IMG/VR virus record: IMGVR_UViG_3300010158_000027
Location: 124,001-188,000 of that record
Length of the DNA: 64,000 nt
Reading direction: 5' to 3' (one strand)
The notes below the pieces were generated by a model. The model saw nothing but the letters and a program-made list of their open reading frames with translations. It was not told where the DNA came from and ran no database searches. This document shows, one piece after another, positions 20,073-30,485 of the stretch (its first letter is position 1; every line of letters starts with the position of its first letter). The translations under genes and the position numbers were made by a program.

Positions 20073-23000
20073 TTTAAATCAAAAGTCAATCTACGTTGAA
20101 ACAGATTACGATAACATAATACTGGTTGACCCTAATAAGATTGTTATTGATAATGAGGTGAAAGAACGTCTTGTTAATCACGAAGACTTAGTTTTCTACG
20201 CGAATTTAGAGACTAATGTAATTCCTAGAACAAAATTAGCCGTTGGGGATTCTTTTGATAGTCCTGTGATAAATAGTAGTATTGCCAATCTAAAGGGTGG
20301 TATGGACGGATCACAAATTAATTTTCTACAACCTCATGGTAAAAAAACCGGGGCATTTGATACTAGTTGGTCTGATCAGTTATCGGGATTAGGAGCTAAA
20401 GAAGGTAAGGGAATAAACCAAACCACAGAATCCGCACAAAATAGAGACGGTAAAATTGTTTATAATCGAAATGTTAAAACAACTCAAAATACCCAACTAT
20501 TGGGGATAAAAGACATAAGTGTTAATATTTCGGGACTTGGAATACCGACAGTTAAGATTACTCTTGTTGATGTGCAGGGTAGAACATTATTCGAACAAGG
20601 AGAAAAATCTATTTATTCTGTATTTTTTAATTTACCGTATCCGTTATTTTATTTAACACTTAAAGGTTACTATGGGAAGGCAATAAGATATGCGTTGAAC
20701 CTGACAAAATTTAACGCATCGTTCGAACAAAGATCGGGTAACTATATTATTGAATTAAATTTTATTGGGAGAAATACGGGACTTTTGAGTGACACGTTAC
20801 TTAGTTATGCTAAAACTGCGCCAAAAATGACACCAACAACTATTAATGTAAAACCAACAACCACAACAAATATATCAACTAATAGTAGTAACACAACAAC
20901 AACTCAATCATCTGTGGGTGAACAAACGCTAAAAGAGGTATACACGATATATAAATCAAAAGGTTTAATTGATAATAACTTTCCGGAATTAAGTATTGAT
21001 GAATTTATTGAACGTGCGGATAGTTTTGTTACTAATATGGAGCAAGGTATAAAAAACGGAGATTTTGTCGTTTTAAGTGATGTGTCTAAATTTAGAAATG
21101 AATTATTAGAAATTAAAGATAGGGTGTATGCTGTACCTATTGCAAAATATTTAGATACGAATAACTATATAGTCTATAATAAACAAATTTATTATCCGTT
21201 TAGGGCGAATATTGATTACCAAAAAAGAGAAACAATAATTGCTGATATAGAATCTGAAATTAAGGCAACAAATAATAATTTAAAAAATAACGCATCCTTT
21301 GGTGATAATGCTGAGTATGTTATTGCGGGAAACACAACAAAAAACCCAATAACCGTATCGTTAGATAGTAATGTTATTTTTGAAAAAGTCTCATACGATC
21401 AACTCACTACCGAAGATTTTAAAAATACATTAAAAGTTAGACTAGGTAGGGATCCTGAACAGGATGAACTCGATAGGTTTAGGGTGCAAACCACACAAGA
21501 CTTCCAACTATACGGTAAAAAAATAGATACGGCTACCGGTAATTTGGTGGACGACATACCAACCCTATTTAAGTATGGTGAATCAAAAATTGGAGATACG
21601 GGTCCGTTTAAAATAAATAGTTTTTTATATGATATAGATCGTGGACTAACTAGAATTAGTGCTGCGGAACAAGAGATTGAACAACAATTCACCGACGATT
21701 TGGCAACAAAAATTATAGACGACAAAAGTGGGCTTGGATTTAAACCCACCATAAGAAATATTTTTGCAATTTTAATCGCTGGTGTGGACACATTTTATCG
21801 ACTAATGGATAAGACACATACAAACGCTTGGAATCAGAGAACTAACCCATATAGGGTTAATAGTATTATCCCACCAGATAAGAATTTTGGTATTGACTCC
21901 AAGAATGTGATTAATGGTGTAGGACAATTAAATGATGCTAATTTAGTTTATCCTTGGCCGACATACTTCACTAAACAAAAACAAAAAGACGACACAAGCG
22001 GAAGAGAACTTTATACTGTAAATTATATTGGTGATAGTAAAAACTTGGCAACGACTAACGGTGGAGACTACACCGCTTGGCCCGAAATTGCCTTTTTGGA
22101 GGATTACATATCAGCATCAACTAGTAAGTCTCCATTAAAAAATAGAAGCGCATATACTAACCCCACTGAAGCATCAAAATACGGATCTTCAAATACGTTG
22201 GAGTTTCCATTTGAAACGTTTCCTTATGAGAACTTATCAGAAATATCTTTCCTTTATGAGATGTACGAAAGGTTATATACGTTGGTTAATTATACTAACA
22301 TATACCGAGGCGATTATAAGACATTGCAGGTTGATAAATTTTTGGCAGATATGGAGGCTCGAAATGTTATGTTAGGATCATCAAACAGCATTTCTCTAAA
22401 AGAAAAATTAAAAACATCTAAATTTAATTTAACCACACTAAGGGGATATTTAAAAAATATTTCAAATAACGGAACGGGACAAAGTTGGGGTAATTATGAA
22501 AGAGATTTGTACGTTACCGAATATATTGATAATATGGTTAAAACTGATTCTGGAATATATTCATTAGACACTATTAATGGTAGATCAATATCGTTAGAAA
22601 ACAGTGTACCATTAATTACTGAATTTGAAAAATTTTTAAAAGGTTCCGAACAGAAAAAGGTTAGTTTTTTAGAAACGCTACCCTTTGCTAATAAACAGTT
22701 TTTCAAATCGGTACTGTCTTTGACACCCGAAGACTATAACGATACGTCAAAAACTGTGATATTTTTAGACGATAAAAAAACAATCGCCAGACTTAACGAA
22801 TCGACCGACGTTAAAGTGATAAAACCATTTTACGTGGGAACCAAAAGTATTTTTAATAATTTTAATGTAAAAATTTTAACAAATAAAAATGTTGGTACAA
22901 TTAATAGTTATATAACATTTAAATCTTTTTATGGTGATAGGACATTTGAATCCGGATACATAACTGAAAAGGCAGTTATTTATGATTCATCATATAACGG

Positions 23001-26000
23001 AAATGTTGGGAATAATATCCAACGAACATCTTTTTTAAATACCCCCCATTTTATCAACTCAATTTTAAAGGGGGTGGAGAAAGAAAAAAATGGTGAGACA
23101 AACCCATACGTGAGTACTGGTTATCTTTTTTTAAATTCACTACCACTTGAAAGTACTGAAGGGGCTCTTAATGATTATGATAACGAAAAGTTTGTGGGGT
23201 ATTTAGCATCATCGTTTAAAAAGTTTTCAGCAATACACCAAATGCCGTACGCATCACTATTAAAGTTTGGGTCACTGTGGCATAGATATAAAAAATATGA
23301 AGAAGAAGGTATAGATATCTTAGATGATGTTTGGACAGATTTTGATTATAAAGCATATTATGACCCAACAGGGGATACTTTAAATCGAGAATATAAAATT
23401 GTAAACTACACTGGTGGTTCTGAAAGTTTTAGGGCGTATAGAAATGAAACGATTACTACATCAAAAACGAGGGACGTTTTTAATTATGGGTTTTACCCTA
23501 AATTAATGAATGACTTTCATTACTTTTTCACTAAAAAAGATTTATTTAATACGTATGATCAAACAGAATTTAAAGATTTATATGATAGTGGTAAATTAAA
23601 AATTGGACTTAACACTAAAGCGGGAAAAATCGCAACATACGGGACAGATATTACTGATATTAATAGATCAATTATAAATAATTCTTATTATCAGTATTTA
23701 ATTTTTGATAAAGACCCGACAATTGACAAGTCAAATAAGGTATATATACCCATCCCGTCTTGTGGGGGAATTCCGATAAATCAGGCGAATTATGAATGTT
23801 TTAATAGTTTAAATAAATTAACCATCGAAATTAAAGATAACCCATCGGTGTATAATGGTAGTGTTAGAGCTTTTTGGGGATCACCACAATTTGGGTATTT
23901 TGATAATGGGTTAATCACAAAACCAACACCATACGAATACATTAACACATCTATTGGGCAAATATATGGTTCGATACAGACTTTATTTGCTTGTTTCGAT
24001 AAAAAGACTTTAGACACATTTGAAACCGCATTTTTGTCTTTCTGTAAACCGGACCCGACTTATACGGACTTAAATACTATACAAAAAGAAACAACGATAA
24101 GTAAACGTTATTCGTCCGAATTTAAACAATTAAAATTTGTACTTAAAAAAATATTCACATTAAAGGATACCGAGTTAAATATAACTAACCAACAAAATAA
24201 TGATGGTGAAGAAATATCGCAAAAACAAGTATACCATGTTACAAAATATATTCAGGAATTTTTAAATTTTGACGTTATTTTAAAATTAGGTAATGTTGGT
24301 GGGTATGATAGAAAAGTGTTTAATAGTTTTGTTAATGTCGCACCATTTACACCTATTAATCCTATAGTGTTTAGTCCTTACGTGACAGGAACTTTGCCTG
24401 GTGCAGGACAAGGTACCACGCTTTTAGCTTCACAAACTAATCATAGTGATGAATGGAAAACACTAAAAACCCATGTCGGGTTTTCAACTATACAGGGTGT
24501 TAATTATTCCGATACTGGATCCACAATAACTGATTTCTTTATTGATATGAATATTGGGTTCACTGTGGATAATATAATAAACCTAACCCAACTGATTAAA
24601 GTATTTGCGAAAGAAAAAATAAATAAATTATTAGATGGTGAACCTTTTAGTGATACTATATTTAATACGTTAGTTAAGGATTTCTTATTGGAAAGGGAGG
24701 GAATATTATCCGATATGGTTACTGAAGTTTCGTCTTATTTAGACACCAACTTACCAAATATTACTATTACTAATAATAATACTAAGTCAGTTTTAGAGGG
24801 CAATGTCGCTAAGCTTAGTATGTATAACACTTTCCAAGCGTTTAACGATAAGTGGGTTGCTGGCAGTGATTTTACGACAAGAACAATGTTCGAAGACTTT
24901 TTATTTCACGACACGGCTAATCATGATATTGGTGATCAATTACAGATAGATATTATGTCGGTAAAAGAGTTATTAAAAAATAGTGATCCGGCAACCGATA
25001 TATTATTAATAATTGGTGACATACTTAAAAAATGTGGAGATATGTTATTTTTCTCCATGCCTGCGTATATTAATTTTTATGGGTTAAATAGTCCATTAAA
25101 AAAACCGACACCTTTAAACATTGATATACCTAATTCATTGTTCGGTACTTGGACCAACGTTAACTATTTAGATTCTAGACCTAAATTTATTTGTGTTTAC
25201 GTGGGAAAACCATCTGAAAGACCGGATTCGAAGGCTAATGAATTTGTTTTATATGCTGACGATAGCTTTGATTTGAGAAACCCAACAACAAACCCTCTAA
25301 GAATTGCGACGGATAAACAAAACCCATCTGTATCAAATAAGGTTGTCGCGTTTAATGTTGATTTTGGTATTAGAAACCAAAACATGTTTAGTAGTATAAA
25401 TGTGAGTATGAACGATAAAAAACCAACCAACGCGACGTTTTTGGTGAATGACCAACTGGCAAACGGGGTAAACGGAGATAAATTAGCACAACAAACAACA
25501 TCATTATATAGTTTATATAAATCAATGAGTTACGCTTGTACCGTAACATATATGGGTAATGCTATGATACAACCTTTAATGTATTTTAATTTAAGACACG
25601 TACCTTTATTTTATGGTCCATATTACATCTTCGAAGTAAAACATACAATATCTTCTGAAAAATTTGAAACCGAATTTCATGGGTCTAGAATGCCTAAATT
25701 TGCGTTACCACAACCCGATAACTTAGCTACGTTTATTAAAGTAAACTATTTGGAAAATTACAAATCGGAAATACTAAAACAAGAAAATCCGAGTACCAAA
25801 AATGAAGAGTCACTTACTTTGTTGGATCCTGAAAACCAAGTAAATGAGAATAACTTAAGATTAAAACCTGAGGAAGATTGTCAATTAAGGGTTAATGAAA
25901 ACTATAAAACATTACCATACGATAAATTGGTTAGAGACGAAATGACACTTGTAGATTTAAAGAATTTAATTAATAGTGCGGTTACTCTTGATAGAACAAT

Positions 26001-26499
26001 GAAGGTGTTAATATTTACTATCGCAATTTCTAGACCAATGAATTTATTAAAAAGTGATGTTATCAGTGTCCCTAACAATAATTTATTTGAAGTGAGCGCA
26101 ATTAATAATTATTTTGGTAATGGTCCTGAATTTAAAAAATTACTTTGTTATGATGATGGAGTTGCGGGAGTACCTATTTTTTCATTTGATAATAAATCCC
26201 AATCCGCTAAAGTTTTGAATCGGTGGTATAATCAGATATCTAAAATGGTACCAAACCTTAATATTTTAAATACTGCCGTGGGTTTAACTCCTGAGCAAAT
26301 TGAACAAAAAACCATCACCCAATTAATAATAACTACATGGGACAATTTAAGTGGTGTTGGCGGACTAAATCCATTGGATGAGCAAGGAATAAGATCATTT
26401 GTTTTAGATAACGTTAATAGTGGTAACAAACAGGCTAAAGACGCCTACGAACTTTACCAAACGTTAGTTGAAGGGGCTCAAAGGTATTTCCCTATGTAA
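20062..26499 (+). CDS. baseplate hub protein (gp27/VgrG-like, greatly expanded)
   Basis: 2145 aa. N-terminal LLGIKDI.V..P.V.I.LVDVQGR and C-terminal Y.C.V..MGNAMIQP..YF.L..GPY.I.EV.H hub-like motifs; follows the gp53-like gene. Confidence 0.55.
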   Translation: MADNLNQKSIYVETDYDNIILVDPNKIVIDNEVKERLVNHEDLVFYANLETNVIPRTKLAVGDSFDSPVINSSIANLKGGMDGSQINFLQPHGKKTGAFDTSWSDQLSGLGAKEGKGINQTTESAQNRDGKIVYNRNVKTTQNTQLLGIKDISVNISGLGIPTVKITLVDVQGRTLFEQGEKSIYSVFFNLPYPLFYLTLKGYYGKAIRYALNLTKFNASFEQRSGNYIIELNFIGRNTGLLSDTLLSYAKTAPKMTPTTINVKPTTTTNISTNSSNTTTTQSSVGEQTLKEVYTIYKSKGLIDNNFPELSIDEFIERADSFVTNMEQGIKNGDFVVLSDVSKFRNELLEIKDRVYAVPIAKYLDTNNYIVYNKQIYYPFRANIDYQKRETIIADIESEIKATNNNLKNNASFGDNAEYVIAGNTTKNPITVSLDSNVIFEKVSYDQLTTEDFKNTLKVRLGRDPEQDELDRFRVQTTQDFQLYGKKIDTATGNLVDDIPTLFKYGESKIGDTGPFKINSFLYDIDRGLTRISAAEQEIEQQFTDDLATKIIDDKSGLGFKPTIRNIFAILIAGVDTFYRLMDKTHTNAWNQRTNPYRVNSIIPPDKNFGIDSKNVINGVGQLNDANLVYPWPTYFTKQKQKDDTSGRELYTVNYIGDSKNLATTNGGDYTAWPEIAFLEDYISASTSKSPLKNRSAYTNPTEASKYGSSNTLEFPFETFPYENLSEISFLYEMYERLYTLVNYTNIYRGDYKTLQVDKFLADMEARNVMLGSSNSISLKEKLKTSKFNLTTLRGYLKNISNNGTGQSWGNYERDLYVTEYIDNMVKTDSGIYSLDTINGRSISLENSVPLITEFEKFLKGSEQKKVSFLETLPFANKQFFKSVLSLTPEDYNDTSKTVIFLDDKKTIARLNESTDVKVIKPFYVGTKSIFNNFNVKILTNKNVGTINSYITFKSFYGDRTFESGYITEKAVIYDSSYNGNVGNNIQRTSFLNTPHFINSILKGVEKEKNGETNPYVSTGYLFLNSLPLESTEGALNDYDNEKFVGYLASSFKKFSAIHQMPYASLLKFGSLWHRYKKYEEEGIDILDDVWTDFDYKAYYDPTGDTLNREYKIVNYTGGSESFRAYRNETITTSKTRDVFNYGFYPKLMNDFHYFFTKKDLFNTYDQTEFKDLYDSGKLKIGLNTKAGKIATYGTDITDINRSIINNSYYQYLIFDKDPTIDKSNKVYIPIPSCGGIPINQANYECFNSLNKLTIEIKDNPSVYNGSVRAFWGSPQFGYFDNGLITKPTPYEYINTSIGQIYGSIQTLFACFDKKTLDTFETAFLSFCKPDPTYTDLNTIQKETTISKRYSSEFKQLKFVLKKIFTLKDTELNITNQQNNDGEEISQKQVYHVTKYIQEFLNFDVILKLGNVGGYDRKVFNSFVNVAPFTPINPIVFSPYVTGTLPGAGQGTTLLASQTNHSDEWKTLKTHVGFSTIQGVNYSDTGSTITDFFIDMNIGFTVDNIINLTQLIKVFAKEKINKLLDGEPFSDTIFNTLVKDFLLEREGILSDMVTEVSSYLDTNLPNITITNNNTKSVLEGNVAKLSMYNTFQAFNDKWVAGSDFTTRTMFEDFLFHDTANHDIGDQLQIDIMSVKELLKNSDPATDILLIIGDILKKCGDMLFFSMPAYINFYGLNSPLKKPTPLNIDIPNSLFGTWTNVNYLDSRPKFICVYVGKPSERPDSKANEFVLYADDSFDLRNPTTNPLRIATDKQNPSVSNKVVAFNVDFGIRNQNMFSSINVSMNDKKPTNATFLVNDQLANGVNGDKLAQQTTSLYSLYKSMSYACTVTYMGNAMIQPLMYFNLRHVPLFYGPYYIFEVKHTISSEKFETEFHGSRMPKFALPQPDNLATFIKVNYLENYKSEILKQENPSTKNEESLTLLDPENQVNENNLRLKPEEDCQLRVNENYKTLPYDKLVRDEMTLVDLKNLINSAVTLDRTMKVLIFTIAISRPMNLLKSDVISVPNNNLFEVSAINNYFGNGPEFKKLLCYDDGVAGVPIFSFDNKSQSAKVLNRWYNQISKMVPNLNILNTAVGLTPEQIEQKTITQLIITTWDNLSGVGGLNPLDEQGIRSFVLDNVNSGNKQAKDAYELYQTLVEGAQRYFPM

Positions 26500-26548
26500 T
26501 AATTTAAATTTTTCACACTATCGGTATATTTATATATAAAATAAAGTT

Positions 26549-26773
26549 ATGAATGTAAAAAATTTATTAGACGACTACCTTAACAAGGATACTAGAGTAA
26601 CTGAAAAACAAACACAAAACGGATTTAAAGAAGTTTGTGATTTAGATACTGGTGATTGTTATACGGTTAGAATGAAGGATGGGTTGATTGAAAGAGTCGA
26701 CAACACAATTAAAACAAATAGAACGTTAAGAGTTGAAACGCCTACTGGTGTTAAAACATTATTGAATGGTTAA
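26549..26773 (+). CDS. hypothetical protein with CX5C motif
   Basis: 74 aa, TATTTAT upstream, overlaps or abuts the next gene. Confidence 0.7.
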   Translation: MNVKNLLDDYLNKDTRVTEKQTQNGFKEVCDLDTGDCYTVRMKDGLIERVDNTIKTNRTLRVETPTGVKTLLNG

Positions 26774-26783
26774 AAATATAAAA

Positions 26784-27488
26784 ATGAATTTAGAAAGAAA
26801 GATATTAGAGGAATTAAAACGTTTTAACGATATTAACACGTATATCATTAAAGAACAGGGTGAAGTTCCACCACCACCACCTGAAGAAGGTGGAGGAGAC
26901 TTAGGACTTCCACCCGCACCTCCGGCAGATGCGGCAGCAGGAGCTCCCCCAGCAGATGCTCCGGCACCACCAGCGGCAGATTCAGGAGCTGATGAAATAC
27001 CGGAACCTGTTGATGTTGACACAGATCCAGATGTTGAAGAAGTGGATTCGGATGGAGAAACAAAAGGTGATGATGGTGAATCTGAGGAGTTAGATATCAC
27101 TGATTTAGTTACCGCTCAGCAAGAAATCAAAACCAAGCAAGACGAATTTATGGATGGTATATTTACTAAGTTAGATGATTTGGAGTCAAAACTAGTACAT
27201 ATGGACGATATCATGGCTAAGATTAATTCACTAGAAACTAAATTTGATAAGTATAGAGAAAAAACTCCTGAAGAAAAATTAATGTTAAGATCGTTAGATT
27301 CGTACCCATACAGTCAAAAGTTAACCGATTTCTTTGATGATAAAAAACCGGAAATGGAGGAAACGGGCAAAAACGAATATATATTAACGTCGGACGATGT
27401 TGAGGACTTCTCCCCTAATGAGATGAAAAAAACGTTTAACCAATATAACGAAAGAAATGAAAGGTTAAAAAGAAAAAATAGAATATAA
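26784..27488 (+). CDS. acidic Pro/Ala-rich coiled-coil protein, possible head-internal/scaffold protein
   Basis: Start at the second ATG (MNLERKILEE) is preferred. Low-complexity linker followed by heptad-like helices. Confidence 0.55.
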   Translation: MNLERKILEELKRFNDINTYIIKEQGEVPPPPPEEGGGDLGLPPAPPADAAAGAPPADAPAPPAADSGADEIPEPVDVDTDPDVEEVDSDGETKGDDGESEELDITDLVTAQQEIKTKQDEFMDGIFTKLDDLESKLVHMDDIMAKINSLETKFDKYREKTPEEKLMLRSLDSYPYSQKLTDFFDDKKPEMEETGKNEYILTSDDVEDFSPNEMKKTFNQYNERNERLKRKNRI

Positions 27489-27517
27489 AAAGAAGGTGTC
27501 GTAAGACACCTTTTTTA
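27487..27517. terminator. intrinsic (probably bidirectional) terminator
   Basis: AAAAGAAGGTGTC-GTAA-GACACCTTTTTT. Confidence 0.85.
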
Positions 27518-27518
27518 T

Positions 27519-27546
27519 TTGACATTGGACAAAAATCACTTATAAT
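27519..27546 (+). promoter_or_regulatory. host-sigma-type promoter TTGACA-N16-TATAAT upstream of ssb
   Basis: Exact consensus hexamers, 39 nt before the ssb ATG and directly after a terminator. Confidence 0.7.
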
Positions 27547-27585
27547 TGTTATAGATAAAAGAGTTAAAATTTAAAAAACAAATCT

Positions 27586-28440
27586 ATGGCAAATTCAATT
27601 GATGCGGTACTCGCACAGTACGAGAAGAACTCAACACCGAGTTCACAAAAACAAACAATTTCACAAGAAGACAGAATGAAAAGATACTTTTCAGCTATCC
27701 TTCAAAAGAATGAAAAATCAGCACAACGAAGAGTTCGTATTTTACCAACAAAGGATGGTTCATCACCATTTGTTGAAGTATGGTACCACGAAATCCAAGT
27801 AAACGGACAATGGCTTAAGTTGTATGACCCTGAAAAAAATGGTAACGAAAGATCACCACTTACTGAGGTTTATAATGAACTAATCGCTACGGGTAAAAAA
27901 GAAGATAAAGATTTGGCGGGTCAGTATCGTTCACGTTTATTTTACATCGTTAAAGTTGTGGATAGAGATAATGAGCAAGACGGAGTTAAGTTTTGGAGAT
28001 TCAAACACAATTACAAACAAGAGGGTGTCTTGGATAAGATTCTACCTATTTGGAAAGCGAAAGGTGATTTGACTGATTCTGAAAAAGGGCGTGATTTGAT
28101 TATCGAATTAATCAAAGCAAAAACACCACAAGGAAAAGAGTACACGGTTGTTCAAACTATTATGTATGATGATCCAGCACCGATACATGAGGATAAAGAA
28201 ATCATGAGTGGATGGGTAGAAGATGAACTAACATGGAATGACGTTTATGCTAAAAAACCTGTTGAATATTTAGAGGCTGTAGCTGTGGGTGAAACGCCAA
28301 TGTGGAGTTCCGAACTTAAAAAATATGTTTATGGTGAAGCTGCCGAAATCTCATTAGGTGGTGGTAAACCACAAGAAGAAGTGGTTGCGGTTGTTGACCC
28401 ACAAGCGGGTGACACCCCTGACGAGGAATTACCATTCTAA
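27586..28440 (+). CDS. ssb: single-stranded DNA-binding protein (T4 gp32-like)
   Basis: RVRILP, WYHEI, GVKFWRF and GRDLII motifs, with an acidic tail ending DEELPF. Confidence 0.85.
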   Translation: MANSIDAVLAQYEKNSTPSSQKQTISQEDRMKRYFSAILQKNEKSAQRRVRILPTKDGSSPFVEVWYHEIQVNGQWLKLYDPEKNGNERSPLTEVYNELIATGKKEDKDLAGQYRSRLFYIVKVVDRDNEQDGVKFWRFKHNYKQEGVLDKILPIWKAKGDLTDSEKGRDLIIELIKAKTPQGKEYTVVQTIMYDDPAPIHEDKEIMSGWVEDELTWNDVYAKKPVEYLEAVAVGETPMWSSELKKYVYGEAAEISLGGGKPQEEVVAVVDPQAGDTPDEELPF

Positions 28441-28446
28441 TTTATT

Positions 28447-28484
28447 GATCGTGGACACATACATTGATGTCCACGATCTTTTTT
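28447..28484 (+). terminator. intrinsic terminator
   Basis: Perfect 11-bp stem GATCGTGGACA/TGTCCACGATC followed by T6. Confidence 0.8.
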
Positions 28485-28515
28485 AACAAAACATTTAACA
28501 AAACACATAGATAAT

Positions 28516-29499
28516 ATGGCAATTAAAAAGAAAGAAATATCTTTGGAATCAATCAAGGGTAAATTCTCAACTAAAACAAAATATAAACCAGAAAGTTTTT
28601 ATAATTGTGGTGAAGCATTTATGGGAGCATGTGGATTACCGGGACCCGTAATGGGGGGAATCAATATGTTTTTAGGTCACTCTAACACATCTAAAACTAC
28701 GGCAATGATACTTGCGGCTGCTGACGCACAAAGAAGGGGACATTTACCGGTGTTTATTATAACGGAAAAAAAGTGGAGTTTTGAGCACTCAGTTGAGTTA
28801 GGGTTACAAGCTGAAAAAAATGAAATTGGTGAGTGGGATGGTCAATTCATCTTTAATGATAGTTTTGATGTTATTGAACAGGCGACTGATTTTATTAACG
28901 ATATTCTTGACGCTCAAGAAAAAGGTGACATTCCTTATAGTTTATTGTTTCTGTTTGATAGTATTGGGTCAGTTCCGTGTCAGATGACTTTTGATGGTAA
29001 AGGTGGGTCAATGCACAACTCAAGAGTGCTTGCGGATAAAATAGGAATGGGGATACATTCTAGAATTTCTAAATCTAAAAAAGAAGATTATCCTTATTAT
29101 AATACTTTAGTTGTGGTAAATCAACCATGGGTGGAATTACCGGATAACCCATTTGGGCAACCCGAAATTCGCGCCAAAGGCGGTATTGCGATATGGTTAG
29201 CTAGTAGTTTAATATTCTTATTTGGTAATCAGAAAAAGGCGGGTATTAATCATATTGATGCCACTAAAAATGGTAGAAAGGTGTCGTTCGCAATTAGAAC
29301 AAAGATATCTATTTTGAAAAATCACGTAAATGGTTTAGGATATAAGGATGTCAAAATAATCGCAGTACCACAAGGATATATTGCTGACACAAAAGAAGCT
29401 TTGGATAACTACAAAAAAGAGTACTCGGATTATTGGGCAACAAAATTGGGGTATACGGATTATTCTTTGGACGAATCTACTGACGACATTGACGAATAA
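28516..29499 (+). CDS. recA: RecA/UvsX-like recombinase
   Basis: P-loop GHSNTSKTT, Walker B FLFDSIGS, VVVNQ.W, GG..I...SSLI..F motifs. Confidence 0.88.
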   Translation: MAIKKKEISLESIKGKFSTKTKYKPESFYNCGEAFMGACGLPGPVMGGINMFLGHSNTSKTTAMILAAADAQRRGHLPVFIITEKKWSFEHSVELGLQAEKNEIGEWDGQFIFNDSFDVIEQATDFINDILDAQEKGDIPYSLLFLFDSIGSVPCQMTFDGKGGSMHNSRVLADKIGMGIHSRISKSKKEDYPYYNTLVVVNQPWVELPDNPFGQPEIRAKGGIAIWLASSLIFLFGNQKKAGINHIDATKNGRKVSFAIRTKISILKNHVNGLGYKDVKIIAVPQGYIADTKEALDNYKKEYSDYWATKLGYTDYSLDESTDDIDE

Positions 29500-29548
29500 T
29501 AAAATATAAATAATTATACTTTTTAGTTATTTGGTGATATTTATTAAT

Positions 29549-29713
29549 ATGGGGAGAAGAAAGGTTGAAGAAGAAAAAAAGAAAGTAAAATTGGCGGTGT
29601 CTATTGATCCCGACTTACCACAATACTTTAAGGATAAATCTATAAACTTATCTTCTCTTGTTAATAAACTATTAAAAGAGTATATTAGAAATGGAGACAA
29701 AAGTTTGTACTAA
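29549..29713 (+). CDS. ribbon-helix-helix (CcdA/CopG-like) small regulator
   Basis: KVKLAVSIDPDL..SINLSSLVNKLLKEY. The ATG at 29549 lies 4 nt after TATTTAT. Confidence 0.7.
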   Translation: MGRRKVEEEKKKVKLAVSIDPDLPQYFKDKSINLSSLVNKLLKEYIRNGDKSLY

Positions 29714-30464
29714 ATGCGATGTTGAAAAAAATATTTGTGATTTTTATTTAGATAGACAAAAGAAAAATGGTTTATCTTCTGATTGTAAAGTTTGTAGAAA
29801 AAAAAGTGTTAAAAACTACGGAGAAAAAAACCCCAATAAAATTAAACAAAGTAAACAAAAGGAATATTTAAAAAATATTGAAAAGTATCGTACTCTTAAT
29901 AAAAAATGGAAAAGTGAAAATCCAAATTATATGTTAAATTATTTGAAAATTTATTATGATAAAAATAAAGTACAATTACTTGAAAAACAAAAAAAATATT
30001 ATGAATCCAATAAAGGGAGTATTTTAAAAAAATACCAAGAGTACGTTAAAAATAATAGCAAAAAAACATCAAAAAATCAGAAAGAATATCGTACTAAAAA
30101 TAAAGAAGGGTTGAGAGAGTATATTAATCAATATAAAAGAAAACGTAGACAAACCGATATTATTTTTAAATTAAGAGATAATATTAGTCATAGAACTAGA
30201 CAAATATTTAAATATTTTAACACAGAAAAAAAAAACAAAACCTTTGATATTGTTGGTTGTTCGCCAGAATTTTTAAAGGAACATTTAGAAAACCAATTTG
30301 TTGTCGGTATGGGTTGGGATAACCGGAATGAGTGGCATATTGACCACATAATTCCATTATCATCGGCAAAAACAGAAGAAGAATTATACTGTTTATGTCA
30401 TTATACAAATCTCCAACCATTATGGGCTGAAGACAATTTAAAAAAGAGTAACAAAATATTGTAG
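29691..30464 (+). CDS. free-standing HNH endonuclease with N-terminal Zn finger
   Basis: CTKC...CKVC, Lys-rich helical spacer, and WHIDHIIP...HYTNLQPLWAEDNLKKSN. Confidence 0.9.
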   Translation: METKVCTKCDVEKNICDFYLDRQKKNGLSSDCKVCRKKSVKNYGEKNPNKIKQSKQKEYLKNIEKYRTLNKKWKSENPNYMLNYLKIYYDKNKVQLLEKQKKYYESNKGSILKKYQEYVKNNSKKTSKNQKEYRTKNKEGLREYINQYKRKRRQTDIIFKLRDNISHRTRQIFKYFNTEKKNKTFDIVGCSPEFLKEHLENQFVVGMGWDNRNEWHIDHIIPLSSAKTEEELYCLCHYTNLQPLWAEDNLKKSNKIL

Positions 30465-30485
30465 TAACAATTATAAAAAATACAA

